NCBI GenBank assembly: GCA_001938485.1
Contig: MQRK01248113.1
Span: 21,296-82,332 of the forward strand
Direction of reading: 5' to 3'
From: Girardia tigrina
Taxonomy: Eukaryota
DNA: 61,037 nt
Positions within the stretch are counted from its first letter, which is position 1. The number at the start of each line of letters is the position of its first letter. Under the pieces are notes generated by a model that saw only the letters and a list, made by a program, of their open reading frames with translations, did not search any database and had not been told where the DNA came from. Positions 1 to 13,046 of this stretch are shown piece by piece. Position numbers and translations under genes: made by a program.

Positions 1-244
1 ACAGTTCAGGGTTCCTGTAAATAAAAAACAAATTTATAAAATGTATTACGTTTTTAAGACATGAGTATGTAACATAGAATAAGAGTTCAGTAATATTTTC
101 TATAATTTATATCTAAACGCGATTGTGAAGGCGAAACAGATAATGAAGCAACTGTAACCCTACTTTTGGCCCACCCTGTATTTAAATAACTACTTCAACA
201 TTATTTTTAATATAAACACAAAATAGTTTAGAAAATATACTTTT

Positions 245-825
245 ATTTAATCCATAAGAAAGTTGTATGTGATTCCTCGTACAAATTCTAGTATTTCTCT
301 ATTTTTGAAGTCATTGACGACTTCCAAAATTCATTCAACAGCTAATGTATGCTTTTTTCATTTTGGTGTATGCTGATCTTCTTGAAGAAATTTTTCATAT
401 AATTGATCAACTGATTTTTGGATCATGCATCATCCATCTATGAACTTCCAAAGAGAAGGATGATCTTCCCCGAATTCTTTATTCAATCTTCTGTGGGCAG
501 CTTCGGCAAAATTATTGGTCCTACATTCATTATTTATTGTTCTCAAATAACACGACCAAATGACCGGGTCGAAAAGAGGCTGGTAGTGTACATTATTATA
601 CAGCAATCTTCCAATATAATAATCTTCAAAGTAATCTAAAATAGGAGTAAATTCTTAACTTAAACTATTACTCAAGACTCCAAATGATCTTTCAAGTTCC
701 TCTATTGAAACAAAAGCCAAGGCAGCTATCATGCGCGTCTTAGGAGCAAAATCTGCATCTTTATTATAGCGACTGATTAGGCCTTCGTCTACCAGTTTAC
801 GCCTTATATTTTGAACTAAATGGTT
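245..825 (-). mobile_element. MULE/MuDR-like transposase fragment (C-terminal half, disrupted)
   Basis: Minus-strand translation: HLVQNIRRKL...MIAALAFVS...LDYFEDYYIG...RTNNFAEAAHRRL...HPSLWKFI...EFVRGITYN, matching MULE transposase C-terminal motifs; has stops/frameshifts. Confidence 0.8.
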
Positions 826-1489
826 AGGAATTCTTATGGAATCGACATTGCATATCTAAATCAGAGATTGTCAAAGGTTTTGGGATTTTATCCAAGAAAT
901 TTTTATCTAAAAAATATTGGATTCTTTATCAAGGGAAATCTCTTCAAAACAACAACTAATTAATAATTTTATGTTGCTTTATTTTTATTGAATCATTTCC
1001 ATAATATACGAGATTTATATTTCTTTGAAAAAAAATTAAAATTAAAAAAATATAGTATAATTTTTTCTGTAAAATTAAAATATGTACAAAATAAATAAAG
1101 AAATAGTATAGAAAATAAATTAATAATATTAAATAAGCAAAAATAATACCTTTTTTTAAAATTAAAGATATTCAATTATAAAAAGAATAAATAAAAATTA
1201 TAAAGAAATCTAAATAAAATTTATTTTATAAAAAACTCTTGCTGCCCAAAATATCACTGAAAATTTTATAATTTTTCTGCTAAATTCAAACAAGGAACCG
1301 GAAGAAGAATTCGAATCACTAAGAACTTGTTTCAATTCCTGTGTAAAATAAAAATTTTAAATATAAAATTAACAAAAAAATATTATTAAAAGTATAAGTA
1401 ACTTAAATAATTACTAAAAGTATAAATTTTAATATTTGTCGTATATTTCAAGAATAAATTGACAAAAATTAAATGTTTTTTACCACGTT

Positions 1490-1720
1490 TTTATTAGCTT
1501 GCTTTCTTGTCTGTTTGTCTGTTTGTCTGTCTGGAACAAATCTTGCGATTGATTTTTCGACCACTTTCAGTCATCCAATTGAGCTGAATTTTTTTATACA
1601 GGCTTGCTTCCGATGACAATACAAAATTTTAAAACATTTACGACTCTACATAAACCGTATATGCTATAATTAAATAGCTTATGTCTTATACGGGAAAATA
1701 ATCCGTGTTAATGATGTACG
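1490..1720 (+). mobile_element. Helentron/DINE-1-like (HINE) non-autonomous repeat fragment
   Basis: Begins TTTTATTAGCTT, followed by a (GTCT/GTTT)n microsatellite; the same 5' start recurs at about 9880 and 37430. Confidence 0.5.
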
Positions 1721-2059
1721 GAAAAAATTAATAAATTGAACAAATATTGTGAAAATCAAGTGATAATTAAGTGTAGAAGTATTAAAATTAGGTTTAAAAA
1801 GTTTTATTTTGGTTTTATTATCATTTCTGTTATTCAAAATCAATCGAACGATTTGAATTCCTAAATGATAACTAAAAATAGTTAAATAATATTATTAATA
1901 AAAAAAATTTTTATTTTGATAAAAAATGAAAATTTTAAATTTCTTATTTTTCAGATATGTTTTGCTACTTTTCCACGTATCCGGAAATTTCTACGAAGAC
2001 AATTTATATGATGAAAATTTATACGAATGTAAAATTAATAAAAGTTTATTAAAATACTA

Positions 2060-2555
2060 ATTTAAAAATTAGAAGACGGTATTTTAAAATACAATTTTTT
2101 ATTAGAGCAATATATTTCGACTGAATATATGTCATCATTAGTTGATTCTGATTGTAGTCCGTCATCTCTGTAAAAGGGTTCGTGAGCATGGATATCTAAG
2201 TGGTAGTAATAATATTGCTGAACATAAAAAACATTGTAAATCATCGGTTGAAATAAATAATTTTAAAGTTTTATGTGGCAATTTTAAAGATTATTGGGAA
2301 AGAGTCTCGTGTGAGGCATTAATAATTAAAGCGGTTAATCCAGCAAGGAATGTCCAATCAAGTGACTCGTCAACTTTGTTGAAAGTTTTTGCGTGAAACA
2401 TCAATTACATAATCGATTATATAATAACCATTTTAACATATATAAGCTTAACAGCTACAATCAGAATCGCATCATGATGAATGATAATCCGTCAAAATAT
2501 ATTGCTCTAAGAAAAAATTGTATTTTGAAATGGCTTCTTCTAATTTTTAAAACAA
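2060..2555 (+). mobile_element. Penelope-like element 3' fragment (GIY-YIG C-terminus + pLTR) with an inverted partial pLTR at its 5' end
   Basis: ORF 2142-2396 RHLCKRVREH...CEALIIKAVNPARNVQ; 2060-2158 is an inverted copy of 2455-2555; near-identical to 34320-34377 and 35447-35745. Confidence 0.85.
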
Positions 2556-2847
2556 ATATTGTCATTGTTTTTAAATTTATCAGTAAAATACTAATTTGTT
2601 TTTATTTTAAATTAATTTGGAAGACTAATTAAAAAACTTGATTTAAATTGGTCCTGAAGAAAACAGAATTTTAATATTGTCTACCAGAAAAGAATTTTCA
2701 TCTTCTTTCTATTTCTAATTATCGGTGTACAGATAATTCGGATTGTTTGAATCCTTTTTGAATAGACAATTTCTGGGCTACTACAACATGTGTGGATTAC
2801 ATTAGTGTATGCGTTACTTCTAAACTATTCTCAGACATGCTACACTA

Positions 2848-3073
2848 TTTTTTTAAAAGCATTAAAACATCTCTTCATCCTCGTTGCTCTGGCTGAGGGA
2901 GCCGCTTTAGTCGAAAACTATTTGACCATGCAACAGGTATTACAGGTTTACATGGTACATCTAGCAGACAGATTGCCTGACCTGACCTCACCCAAATAAG
3001 TACTAACGGGGCCGTTGGTTGCTTAACTTCGGAGATTGGACGAGATCCGGCGTATCCAACTGCGGCCATTGAC
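2848..3073 (-). mobile_element. 5S-rRNA-derived SINE (SINE3-like) or chimeric 5S pseudogene
   Basis: Minus strand 3073-2988 reads GTCAATGGCC...CCGGATCTCGTCCAATCTCCGAAGTTAAGCAA...GTTAGTACTT..TGGGTGA (5S 5' ~90 nt with A box, IE and C-box remnant), then about 135 nt of non-5S body ending in A7. Confidence 0.75.
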
Positions 3074-5424
3074 TACAAATATTAATATAGATTCATATTT
3101 AAACTTAATATATTATAAAGTCTTTTTCAGTCTTTTTTAATATGTTGTAAAAATAGTATTTGTATAAATTTCCATTCATATAAATTTCCTTCTTGTAAAT
3201 TCAATAGCATTCCTTTTCTATGCCATCATGAATTCTGTAAATAAGTAAATTGACATTGTTTATTTTTATATGCAAAATAAATTAATTCTATTAAACAAAT
3301 AACCTCACACTTTTCTTTCAGATTTATACAACTTATTAAACAGTGCTTCAGTAATTATCTTTTCATAAGTATAATTAAATTTTTGATTAATTCCTAATAT
3401 ATATCTTGTTTACTAAATCATTTTTCATATTTATATCCATTAAATTGTTCATTACTTAAATAAAAAACAACTTTTAAAGCTTCCTCGCGCAACAACTGAA
3501 TTTATAAATCCACCTATTTCCTTACTCTCTATTCTTCAATTCTAGACAGAACAAAATCAGTAGAAAAGTTTTACAAATCGAAGAGAATTATAAAATAAAA
3601 GAGATTTTTAAATATTACTTTTATTTTCTTTGAACTAAATTTCAAGAAAACATTTAAATGCATTTAATAGAAAACTCATTTAATGAGCAAAAAGACGTGA
3701 AACAGAAAAAAAATTTGAAAACTTTTTTGATTTTATTAATTTAAATAATACTTAAGACACAGCTGAAAATATTTACTATGGCCACACATGATTAATTTTC
3801 ACAGATTCCTGTGATCATCAAACAAAACAAACAATTAAAGGAATATACAGGAAAGTATCATTTAATTATACTCTACGTAGCGGATTTTTAAAAGAACTTA
3901 CTGTTTGCGACGCGGTGTGGAAGGGTTTTCAGGAGCACCAGGACCCATGTAAGTCAGATCTCTGGAGACAGTCAACGCTGATTTAATTTTTTTCAGTGAA
4001 TTTTTCGAAAGTAGTATCAATAAATACGAGAACTTCGCATTTTAAGATATTAAAAAAATAAAATTAATTTTGATTAAATTTGAATTTTAAAGTTAAAGTT
4101 GATCTTGAATATATACGATTGTTGTCTTACTTCGGAGAGCGCAGCATAACATAATACAATTTAGATTGAAAAGCAAAATAATAAATGATTTTTATGTTAG
4201 GCGGCAGTAACTAAGTGGTGCCCTGAATGATTAAATTAAAGGTGGACATTCATAAAACCATTGAAGGTCACAAAAGAGGTTTATCAAATGTAAAGAGTTT
4301 TCAAAGTAAATACATATAATCAAATTGAATTGAAGTACATTAGTATGGTAATATAAGTTTTGTGTCTTTTATAAGATATATTAATAAATACAAATAATAA
4401 ACAGAAATAAAAACTTAATTATTTTGTCAAATGATTTTTATATTTAATTTTTGTTGCTATTTTCTTGGTATTTTTTGTTTTGATGTTAAATGTAATCAAA
4501 AATGTATTTATATAAAATTTAAAAAAACAATGAAATAGAATTTCATTAAAAACTTTGGTCACCCTAACTGATTAATAAAGTTTATATATCCGCACTCACA
4601 AAACATGTCTTGCAATAAAATTAATGAATATATGTTATGTTACTCATGTCGCTTATTAACGGAACAACATAGCAATCATATATATTAAAATTATTAAAAT
4701 TTGAATTTTTAATTGATTTGATTTTGATGTTATAGAAAAAAAATCATAAAAGTTAATACTTTTTTTAACAAAAATAATTAAATTTATATGTAAAATTGTA
4801 GATTTTATTAGTGTTAATAGTATACTAATAAAACATCACATCTGTTAACCATTTATTTAATTTTATTTTAAAAACTTATTTTATTATTTAATCTTTTATA
4901 AATAATTAATAAATAATAAAATTATTTAAAACAAAAATATTACTATTTATATTTGAATATTAATAAACTGTTATAAAAATTTGAAAAAAAATAATTAAAA
5001 AAATTAAAGAACGCAATATTATTGATAAAATTAAAAAAATATATAAAATTGAAAATAAAATAATACTTTTTAACTTAAAAAAATCACTTTTTGATCAGAA
5101 AAGTTAATGTTTTCTGTCAAATTTTTTAACAATATGACAGATAATAAAAATTTTGAAATACAAATTTAAATATTAATTGTAAAGATGTATATCATTTTCT
5201 TTACGTTTTGATTTTAAAAACTGGTAATTTTCAACGCCAACAAATATTTTATTTGGAGTAACACCCGATATACACCTTGACCTTTACAAAAGACAAAATA
5301 TTTGAACAAGTTAATTATTTACAACATCATTATTTTTATGGATAAAACGGTTTCACACACACACTATATATATATATATATATATTTCAAATTACAAGTC
5401 ATGACTTGTAATTTGAAATTTACT

Positions 5425-5451
5425 TCACAACTGATGATGCCGTAATGGCGA

Positions 5452-5460
<9 letters not shown>
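5425..5460 (+). ncRNA. Minimal type I hammerhead ribozyme core (PLE-type), 3' part of stem I lost
   Basis: CTGATGA-T-GCCG-TAA-TGGC-GAAA-CATA, then (AT)n. Confidence 0.65.
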
Positions 5461-5485
<25 letters not shown>

Positions 5486-5489
5486 TTAC

Positions 5490-5897
5490 TATATTACCCA
5501 TATAATTACATAAAATTGATTTAAATAAAATTACTCTGAAAAAATTGATCCTTGTACAATCGCTCCCCAAAAATTGCTCTTCATAAAAATTTCTCCTCGA
5601 ATAATTGCTCCCTGGTAAATTTCTCGCAAAAGGGTGAATTTTAAAAGCAAAAATAATTTCAAGTATAATATGTATACAATATTGTACAGTCTTTATGATA
5701 CGATCTATTAAGGTTAGAGTTAATCATAACCTCTAACCTCGTAACACCTTACCCTAACCCAGTTATTCATGGAGCAGTTTCTGTTCATCAGTAGTTTTTT
5801 AGGGAGCAATAATGAGAGGAGCAATTTTTACAGGGAGAAATTTTTGAGGAGCAATTGTACGGGGAGCAATTTTTTTGAGAGCAATTGTCTGGATCCC
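5490..5897. mobile_element. Non-autonomous foldback/MULE-like element with TIRs made of ~15-bp tandem repeats
   Basis: Left arm has AATTGCTCC-type units and right arm GGAGCAATT-type units at ~15-bp period; ends in GGATCCC; centre has TAACC/TAACCC-like repeats. Confidence 0.7.
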
Positions 5898-8279
5898 AAA
5901 TCCATATGTTTTCGGACACGTTCAATATTTTTTTCTGAAATATTTTAAATTATAAATAATACATAATTGGTATTATAGATAAATTATTTCGATATTCTCA
6001 ATACAATTCTAAAATAATTTGAAGAAATCAAATAAAAAAATTAGTAAAAATTTTTTTCGCATTTAAAATTTTGTTCAATAATTCAAAAGAACTCGAACAT
6101 TTGCTTTTCAATACATATGTGACGACATTTTTTTCTCATAATATTTTTAATAAAAGGTTCAGTAAAATAGTATTTTCTCAGTAAAAAATTATATTTTCTC
6201 AAAATAAATAAGCAAATAAATGGTAGTTATTTTTTAAAAATATTTTTCCCCTCAGTATTTTAAGTTTTATTTAAGCAAAAAATTACAAGACAGTATTCAA
6301 ATGGATAACTCATTTCTCTCAAATTGTTATTTGTTTCGTACTTTCTGGATGTTTCACGTATTTCAAGCTTGAATTTCATGAATCGGGTACTTAATGGGTT
6401 AAATGACAAAATAGAGATAAGTATTAGGTGAACCAAAATTACTTTCCGATATTTTGTTCCTTTTTGTCTCATTTGTTTTCTACCAAATAAAGATATTTTA
6501 TATGAATGTATTACAAACTAATGTAAAGGTCTTGAATCTTTCTATTATAGTATATTATTAAAATTTTTAATCGATTGTTTATTGATTTCTTTAACCTCTA
6601 AAAACTTGTGAAAAAATAGAAATTCGTGATATTTTACACCATTATTGGAAACAAGAAAGTTATGTGAAATTGAAGGTGACATTGCAGTCTGATCATTGGA
6701 TATGTTAAAAGTTATTTATAAAGTTTCTTTATGAATTTATGAAATAATAAGATGAAGAGATTCAGGCTTGTGACAATTAATTTTCCGGTAATATGCATTA
6801 TGTCCAACATAGTCCTCATGTCTCTAGTCTTTCTATTTAACTAGTTGCAATCAGTTCAATATAGTGTTCATGAACAAATTGTGGAATGATCGAACATTTT
6901 TAGATATCAATTAAGATGTTTTCTTAGTTTTTCTTGAATTAAAAGAAAAAAATGTTCCATATGAAACATGTATTTCAACAAAACATTTAACCAAAAATAA
7001 AATATAAATAATAAATATTATATAAAATGACATTATGAGGAGTTAGTTTAAATCTACACTTCAAAATAATTTATTATTTTCTTAAATTTGAAAGTTTTAA
7101 AAAATTAAATAAATTCAAAAAGTTTTAAAATTACAAATGATCTTAAAAGGAAAAACCATCAAAATATATAAAAATAAAAAAAAAATTTTACAGCCATAAA
7201 AATTAATACATTTAAAAAAACTTTGAAATAAGAATTTTAAAATAAATAATAAATGGATTAAAATTTATAATATTTTTAAGAAATAATTTCTTAAAATGAA
7301 AGGCTTGTGGTAAATTTAAATTTAATAGTTTTACGATAAAATTTTATAAAAAAAAATTTAGTTATTATTTAAAAAATTGATTTTAAATTTACAAATTAAA
7401 TTTTAAGAAACATTTAATATATGTATTTTGGCGAAATAATTGAATTAACGGGAAATTTGTTTGTTTATGTGTATAATTGTCATTAATAAAGTTTTGCAAT
7501 AAATATGACCTTGAAATTTCGGATAATGAAAATGGCATAATCGCAATTTACAAATATAAAAGTTAAACATATGATTTTATATTATTGTGAATGTTATCTC
7601 TCTCGTACGATTTTTCATAAGGAATCTTTCAAACATTTTAACGGAGGATTTATAATATTTGTACTTATTTTTATCAAATAAAGCTAAAAGAACTAAAGCG
7701 TAAAAGATTTCTCATGAGAAAATATTAAATTTACAAAATAATTGGTGTAGATATTGTAACAAATGAAATACATTTCAATAATCAAAATTTTATTGTTCCG
7801 TTTACTTAGAAACTTATTATTAAAATTTCGTCCACAGATTCCTCATCAAATATTACTCAAGGGAGACCAGGTTAAAGACCAGGCACGAAGGTCCATGGCA
7901 ATATATACAAGATACAGCATATTTGTGCTATGGATTTGTTTATGTTATCACAGTTTGAACAAAAGAACGAAATATAAACTTATAGTGATAAAATATTTTT
8001 TGATGACATTTAATTAACTATTTTTACTAATCAGAAATTATTGCAAAGTTATAAACATTATTTCAAAATACGTTTTTGAGCATAATATGTAATGTTTATG
8101 GAGACCGGAACCCGACAGTTCCTCTTAGCACATTTTCTTTTATGTAAATATAAAATTATATTTTAAATATTTTTAAAAATTATTAATCAAATTAATATTA
8201 ATTTTTAATGGTATTTAATTAAAATAACTGTAACGAAAATTGTTCAGCAGCAATCCATTTTGCACGAAAAACTTGAACA

Positions 8280-9260
8280 TTTATTTATAAATAAAATAAA
8301 CATTTGATGAAAACAAGTTGATTAGAACAAGTTGATATGTGCGATTAATGAAATTACATTTGAAAAATGAACTGAATTCGGATTTCTGTAAGACATTAAA
8401 TTCTTCAACTGAAAATACTAGTTTTTTATATAATTTAATTAAAGATTTAATCATTTCAAACAATAATTTTTGTTGATTATTAGCGTACCGAACCGTAAAA
8501 GACTTCAAAGTATGTAAAGACTATGTAAAGTATTATTTTTCAATGGTAACATTTTCGGTAATAAAACTCGGAACTATGTCTCAAGGTACAAGACTTCTTC
8601 AAGCATGCTTTGAGAATTGACCAGTGGAAATATAATTTTGATTTTCACAAAAAATCTGTAAATCAATTATTAAGGAATGTAAAAAACAATGGCGAATTAT
8701 ATTTATGATGAAAAACTGAACGCCACTTTTCAAAATTTATTTTTGGTATTGTTATTAATTTCGGCAGAATATCTGCCGTCTTGTGACTAAATTAACATTA
8801 GTTTTGCAGCTTATATATAAAAGTCATTATGCCATAAAGGCTCTATTTGAAAATGTTTAACAGGGAAGTTGAGTGTGAAGCTTGAATATTAATTTTTATT
8901 ATCTTATAATTCCATATATCTTATTATTGAGGCCTCACACGTTACTCTCTCCTGGTAATATTTAAATCGATTACACAGAATTTGAAAATGATTCATCACT
9001 TAAGTTAAAAAATGTATTTTAGACATCAAATTGAAAAATACCAAATAATATACGTAAATATATAAGTTTTTTATTCTGTGAATCGATTTTATTTTTTCAA
9101 AGAGAGCCTTCATTACATAATCAATTGCACAATCATTCATTTCATATATAAGCTGTGAAAACTCATGTTAATTTAGTGTGGCGATGGCGAGTAATCCGTC
9201 AAAATTAATATCAAAATCAAAAATAAATTTTGAAAAATGGAGTTCAGTTTTTAATCATAT
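8280..9260 (-). mobile_element. PLE remnant: pLTR + ORF N-terminus (minus strand) with an inverted pLTR copy
   Basis: 8700-8860 (minus) and 9090-9260 (plus) are inverted homologues, both with degenerate hammerhead cores; homologous to 57325-57530. Confidence 0.65.
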
Positions 9261-9864
9261 GTCAATTATGCTTTAAATGTATTAAAGAACTATTTTAATG
9301 CGATAAAATTCCCTAAACTAATTCGAAAAAAATGTTTTGACAATTGAAAAAAAGACATTCTCTTTTAATAAATGGTCTTTCTGTAAATTTTATATAATAT
9401 AATGAATATTTTGTTACATCTAAAATGGGGACTGTCTTGATGTTGCTCTAATACTACAAAAAATTAATAGTAAAATAATTGTTAAACTAAAAATTTATAT
9501 TTATCGACCAATCGATATTTCGCTGACTATAATAATTTTAATTTTAATATAATATTTTGTAGTCTTATAAATAAATATAATTAGCAATGTTAAGTAAAAT
9601 ATAAATAATAAAAATAATTTTTCCCTCTTTCCCGAACCAACCCACATGAGACAGTCACTTATTGCAAGACTTGCCTGACTGAAATGAATAAGGAAGAGGA
9701 TTATTAGTCTAATATACATATAAATATATGTTTAGTAATATATAATAATTATATGTTATTTATTTTTACTAAATAATACAGGGTCTAATTAAGATTCATA
9801 CAAGCAATTTGGATATAGAAAAGGTTCATAGGAAAGCATTATTTATAATTTAAAATTGTATTAC

Positions 9865-10275
9865 ATACTTTTTCCATTCTTTTTATTAACTTACTTTCTA
9901 TATAGGTATATATATATATCCATGGAATTTAGAAACCTGTTTTTGAAGGCCTTTTACTCATTCGATTTTCTTCAAACTTTGCATACTTACTAATTCTCAA
10001 TGACAATAAATGATTATGTAAAAATTTGATCGAAAAAAAATCTTTTTAAGATCCCGAAATTGGAAAAAAAGGGAAAATTTGGAGTTCCCGAACAATATTA
10101 ATTCCAAGATATCTATTTATAAATTATAAGTAGTTTTTTATTAATTTTTAATGTTTTTTTAATTGAAAATTTTTAAATTTTAAATATTTTAAATTTTAAA
10201 ATCTTTGTTGACAAAGTAGAGTTCTGTCTGCATAAAGAATGGTTATAAAAATTTAATTTTTTGATTTACTACTTT
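9865..10275 (+). mobile_element. HINE-like interspersed repeat
   Basis: High similarity to 37415-37460 plus 41770-42090 (TTTTCTTCAAACTT.GCA.ACTTA..ATTCTC.ATGACAATAAATGATTATGT). Confidence 0.7.
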
Positions 10276-11049
10276 TTATTTTCAATGTACTTTAATCTTC
10301 AATGAACTTATATAATAATGGAAGTCATAACCATGAAATGTAACTATTAATAAGGATTACTGGTATAATAAAATTAAAATTAAATGCCGCACAACTACAG
10401 GTTTTTCATAAAAACTGTACTTCCATGGCTCTCAGAAAAAAACTAAACTTAATTTTACTGAGGCTATGATGAGTCATCTCAGAAAATGTTTCGAATTCTG
10501 TTAATAAAACATGAGAAAGGGTATTAATGTAATGAATAAACAAGTATGAAACTTATAAAAGATCTAAACAAACCACAACATCAACAGACATTGAAACTGT
10601 ATGCATATGATTCACTTTGGATTTAGAATTGAGAGATTGACGCAATAATTTAAACACTTGTTTAAAGGCACTACAGTCAAAAGAATAATGGAAAATTTGG
10701 AGCTAAGAATTTAATATCCAAAGATGCTACGGTCGCATATCACAAGAGTAGTTTTCTTGTTTTATAAATGCTATAAAGAATATACTGAACAGAAGGGATT
10801 AAATGGACATACGAAGAACGTACATAAGAACACAATGCTTTAGCAACTGAAAGATGGTGGGTCTTATTCTGCTTCATTGAAAACTGCCACTAACTTACAA
10901 TATGAATAGTAACAGCTGCATATCAATATATAATTGATTACCTAATAGCAACAATAGACATCATAGTAAACATAACAAAATATGCTTGAAACGCGCTAGT
11001 CTTAACACCAAAGAGAGTGATAGAGGTGAGATACAGAGAGAAGTATTAA

Positions 11050-11795
11050 TATTCCGACTGGACATAACGTTCTATTCTACCCTAGAAAAAAAATATATTT
11101 TGTTCCAAAATATTATTTACACAATAAAACTATTCATCTAAGTCCACAATCATTTCATATCGATACGCTAGTTTACGTATCTGCTCGAAAACCATTCTCA
11201 CTTCTTTGAATCAAAGAACAGTAGAATGCCTCATTGATTCCGTTAATTGACTGGACTTTGCACCATTTCATTAAATGCTGCACTGAACGAATGCTACCAT
11301 AATCAAATGGAGTTCAGCCTGGACTTTAAGTTGGATGCGGCAGAACCTTGGTCTTCTTTTCTGTGTATGGTATAAAAAATATCTTGCTGCACCAAGACGC
11401 GGTCAGGTGTCAACTGTTGCAAATTTGCCTGATCGGGACTGATCTTTTAGGCTCATGTAAACAGATGTAAATCGTTGTACCATCTTGCAATTGCATCATG
11501 ATTGAATTTTCCCTGACCTTAAGCATCATATATATCTTTTGTAACATTTCCAGTTGATAAGTTTGCTTCCAACAGTACCGAATAAAAACTAGAAGATTAA
11601 TATTGTCCATTTCCATCTTTTATTTTGTTTTGAACCAACTAATAATAAATGTATTAAATATATAATCTATAAAAAAATCTTTAAAAAATATTAATTACTA
11701 GTAATAACCATTAGAATATTGTCCAAGTGTATAAGTGTATTTGCAACAAAATGTTTTTTTTTCTATGGTGTATTAAATCTTTTAGGCCCACTTAT
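11050..11795 (-). mobile_element. Degenerate, internally deleted mariner element
   Basis: N-terminus MEMDNINLLVFIRYCWK...ARWY; C-terminal PFDY..FRS.Q...FDSK...RKL..RY-like remnants. Confidence 0.6.
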
Positions 11796-13046
11796 AATAT
11801 AATATAATATAATATAAAACAATTTAAAATCTAAATAAATTAATTTTAATTTCAAAATTAAAAAAATTAAAAATTAAAAATTAAAAATTAAAAATTAAAT
11901 TAAAAAAAAAACAAAATAATTAAAAATTAAAAACTATTTATCATTTATAATTATAAAACTTTCATAATAATTAACAGTGGTTTTAATATTTTTAAATAAT
12001 TATTTTATCGAAAATGAAAACTGGTCTCGAAGTCCCAATAACATCATACTATAAAGCATAAAATTTCAATAAAACAAGGAACAATAACAATATTTTTGAA
12101 TAATTAAAATGTTATCCGTCTATAAAAAATAAATAAAAATAGGAACTGAAAGAGATCAATAAACTATTATAAATATAATTAATGAATTTTACTTTCCCAT
12201 ATTTTATTGTTTCTCATTTAACCAAAAAATATCTACTCTAATTTTAACATAATTAAAAAAATTAAATTTCTTAATTTAATAATAATAAATAAGAATAAAT
12301 TTTCGATACTGTTAGTGTTGTATTCGCGTCATCCTTTTGAAGAATTAATAAATACGGTCGAATTGATTAAAAAAACTCATATTGCAAGAGATAAAAATTT
12401 TTATCAGGGGTATTAAGAACACTAATATGATTTTTAATATTTTTATTAATATTACAAATTTGATTGTCCTGAAGACAATCTCCGTTAAAACTTTTGTACG
12501 ATTACATCTGTCGAATTAACTAATGACTTTAATCTTATTATCTGAATAAATGAAGATTACTTGAATTGTTAAAATATTTCTTTGAAATATAATTCGTTAA
12601 AAATTAAACTGAATATTAATTACTCAAAAATATTAATTCAATTCATTTATTTAAAAATTGTAAATTAAATTGATAAAATTATTTAAAATTTTATAAATAT
12701 TTTAAATTAGAAATAAATTTTTAACAGAAAATATTTTCATATAATAATAATAATTAAAATATTAATCAGCCATCTGAGTAGGAGTGACATGATTCCAAAT
12801 CAGTATAAAAACACTCAAAAAACATCAAACATTCAAAATATTCCTTACAAGAGGGAAAAATTTCAAAATTATCTGCTATAAATTTTAAAATTATGGGGAG
12901 AGAGGGGTGGGAAGTGTTATATTTAAGATCTTAAGTTTTTCCTCAATATAACACTTTACAAGTGTTTTAAAAGTTTTTGAAAGTTCATAAATGATGCCTT
13001 GATTTAACAGTGGATAGCTGCATTATTTTCCTTGCTTCTGATGATT

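Noticed and set aside
2855-2935. Possible HDV-like fold in the SINE3 body (GGC-TCCCTCA-GCC, AAAGC/GCTTT)
   Set aside because: L3 lacks the conserved G, P1 is mismatched, and there is no P4 or catalytic C.
2875-3069. 64-aa ORF MAAVGYAGSRPISEVKQ
   Set aside because: It is a conceptual translation of 5S-derived RNA sequence, not a protein.
2988-3073. Functional 5S rRNA gene
   Set aside because: The 3' ~30 nt of 5S are missing, there is a 5' deletion, and the C box is degenerate.
5490-5897. CRISPR-like or true telomeric array
   Set aside because: Units are contiguous, degenerate and inverted with no unique spacers or cas genes; the TAACCC-like units are few and internal.
10330-11040. Possible additional PLE remnant
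   Set aside because: Only faint motifs (FL..KC, LNTKE, ATGATGA..GAAA); too degraded to support a call.
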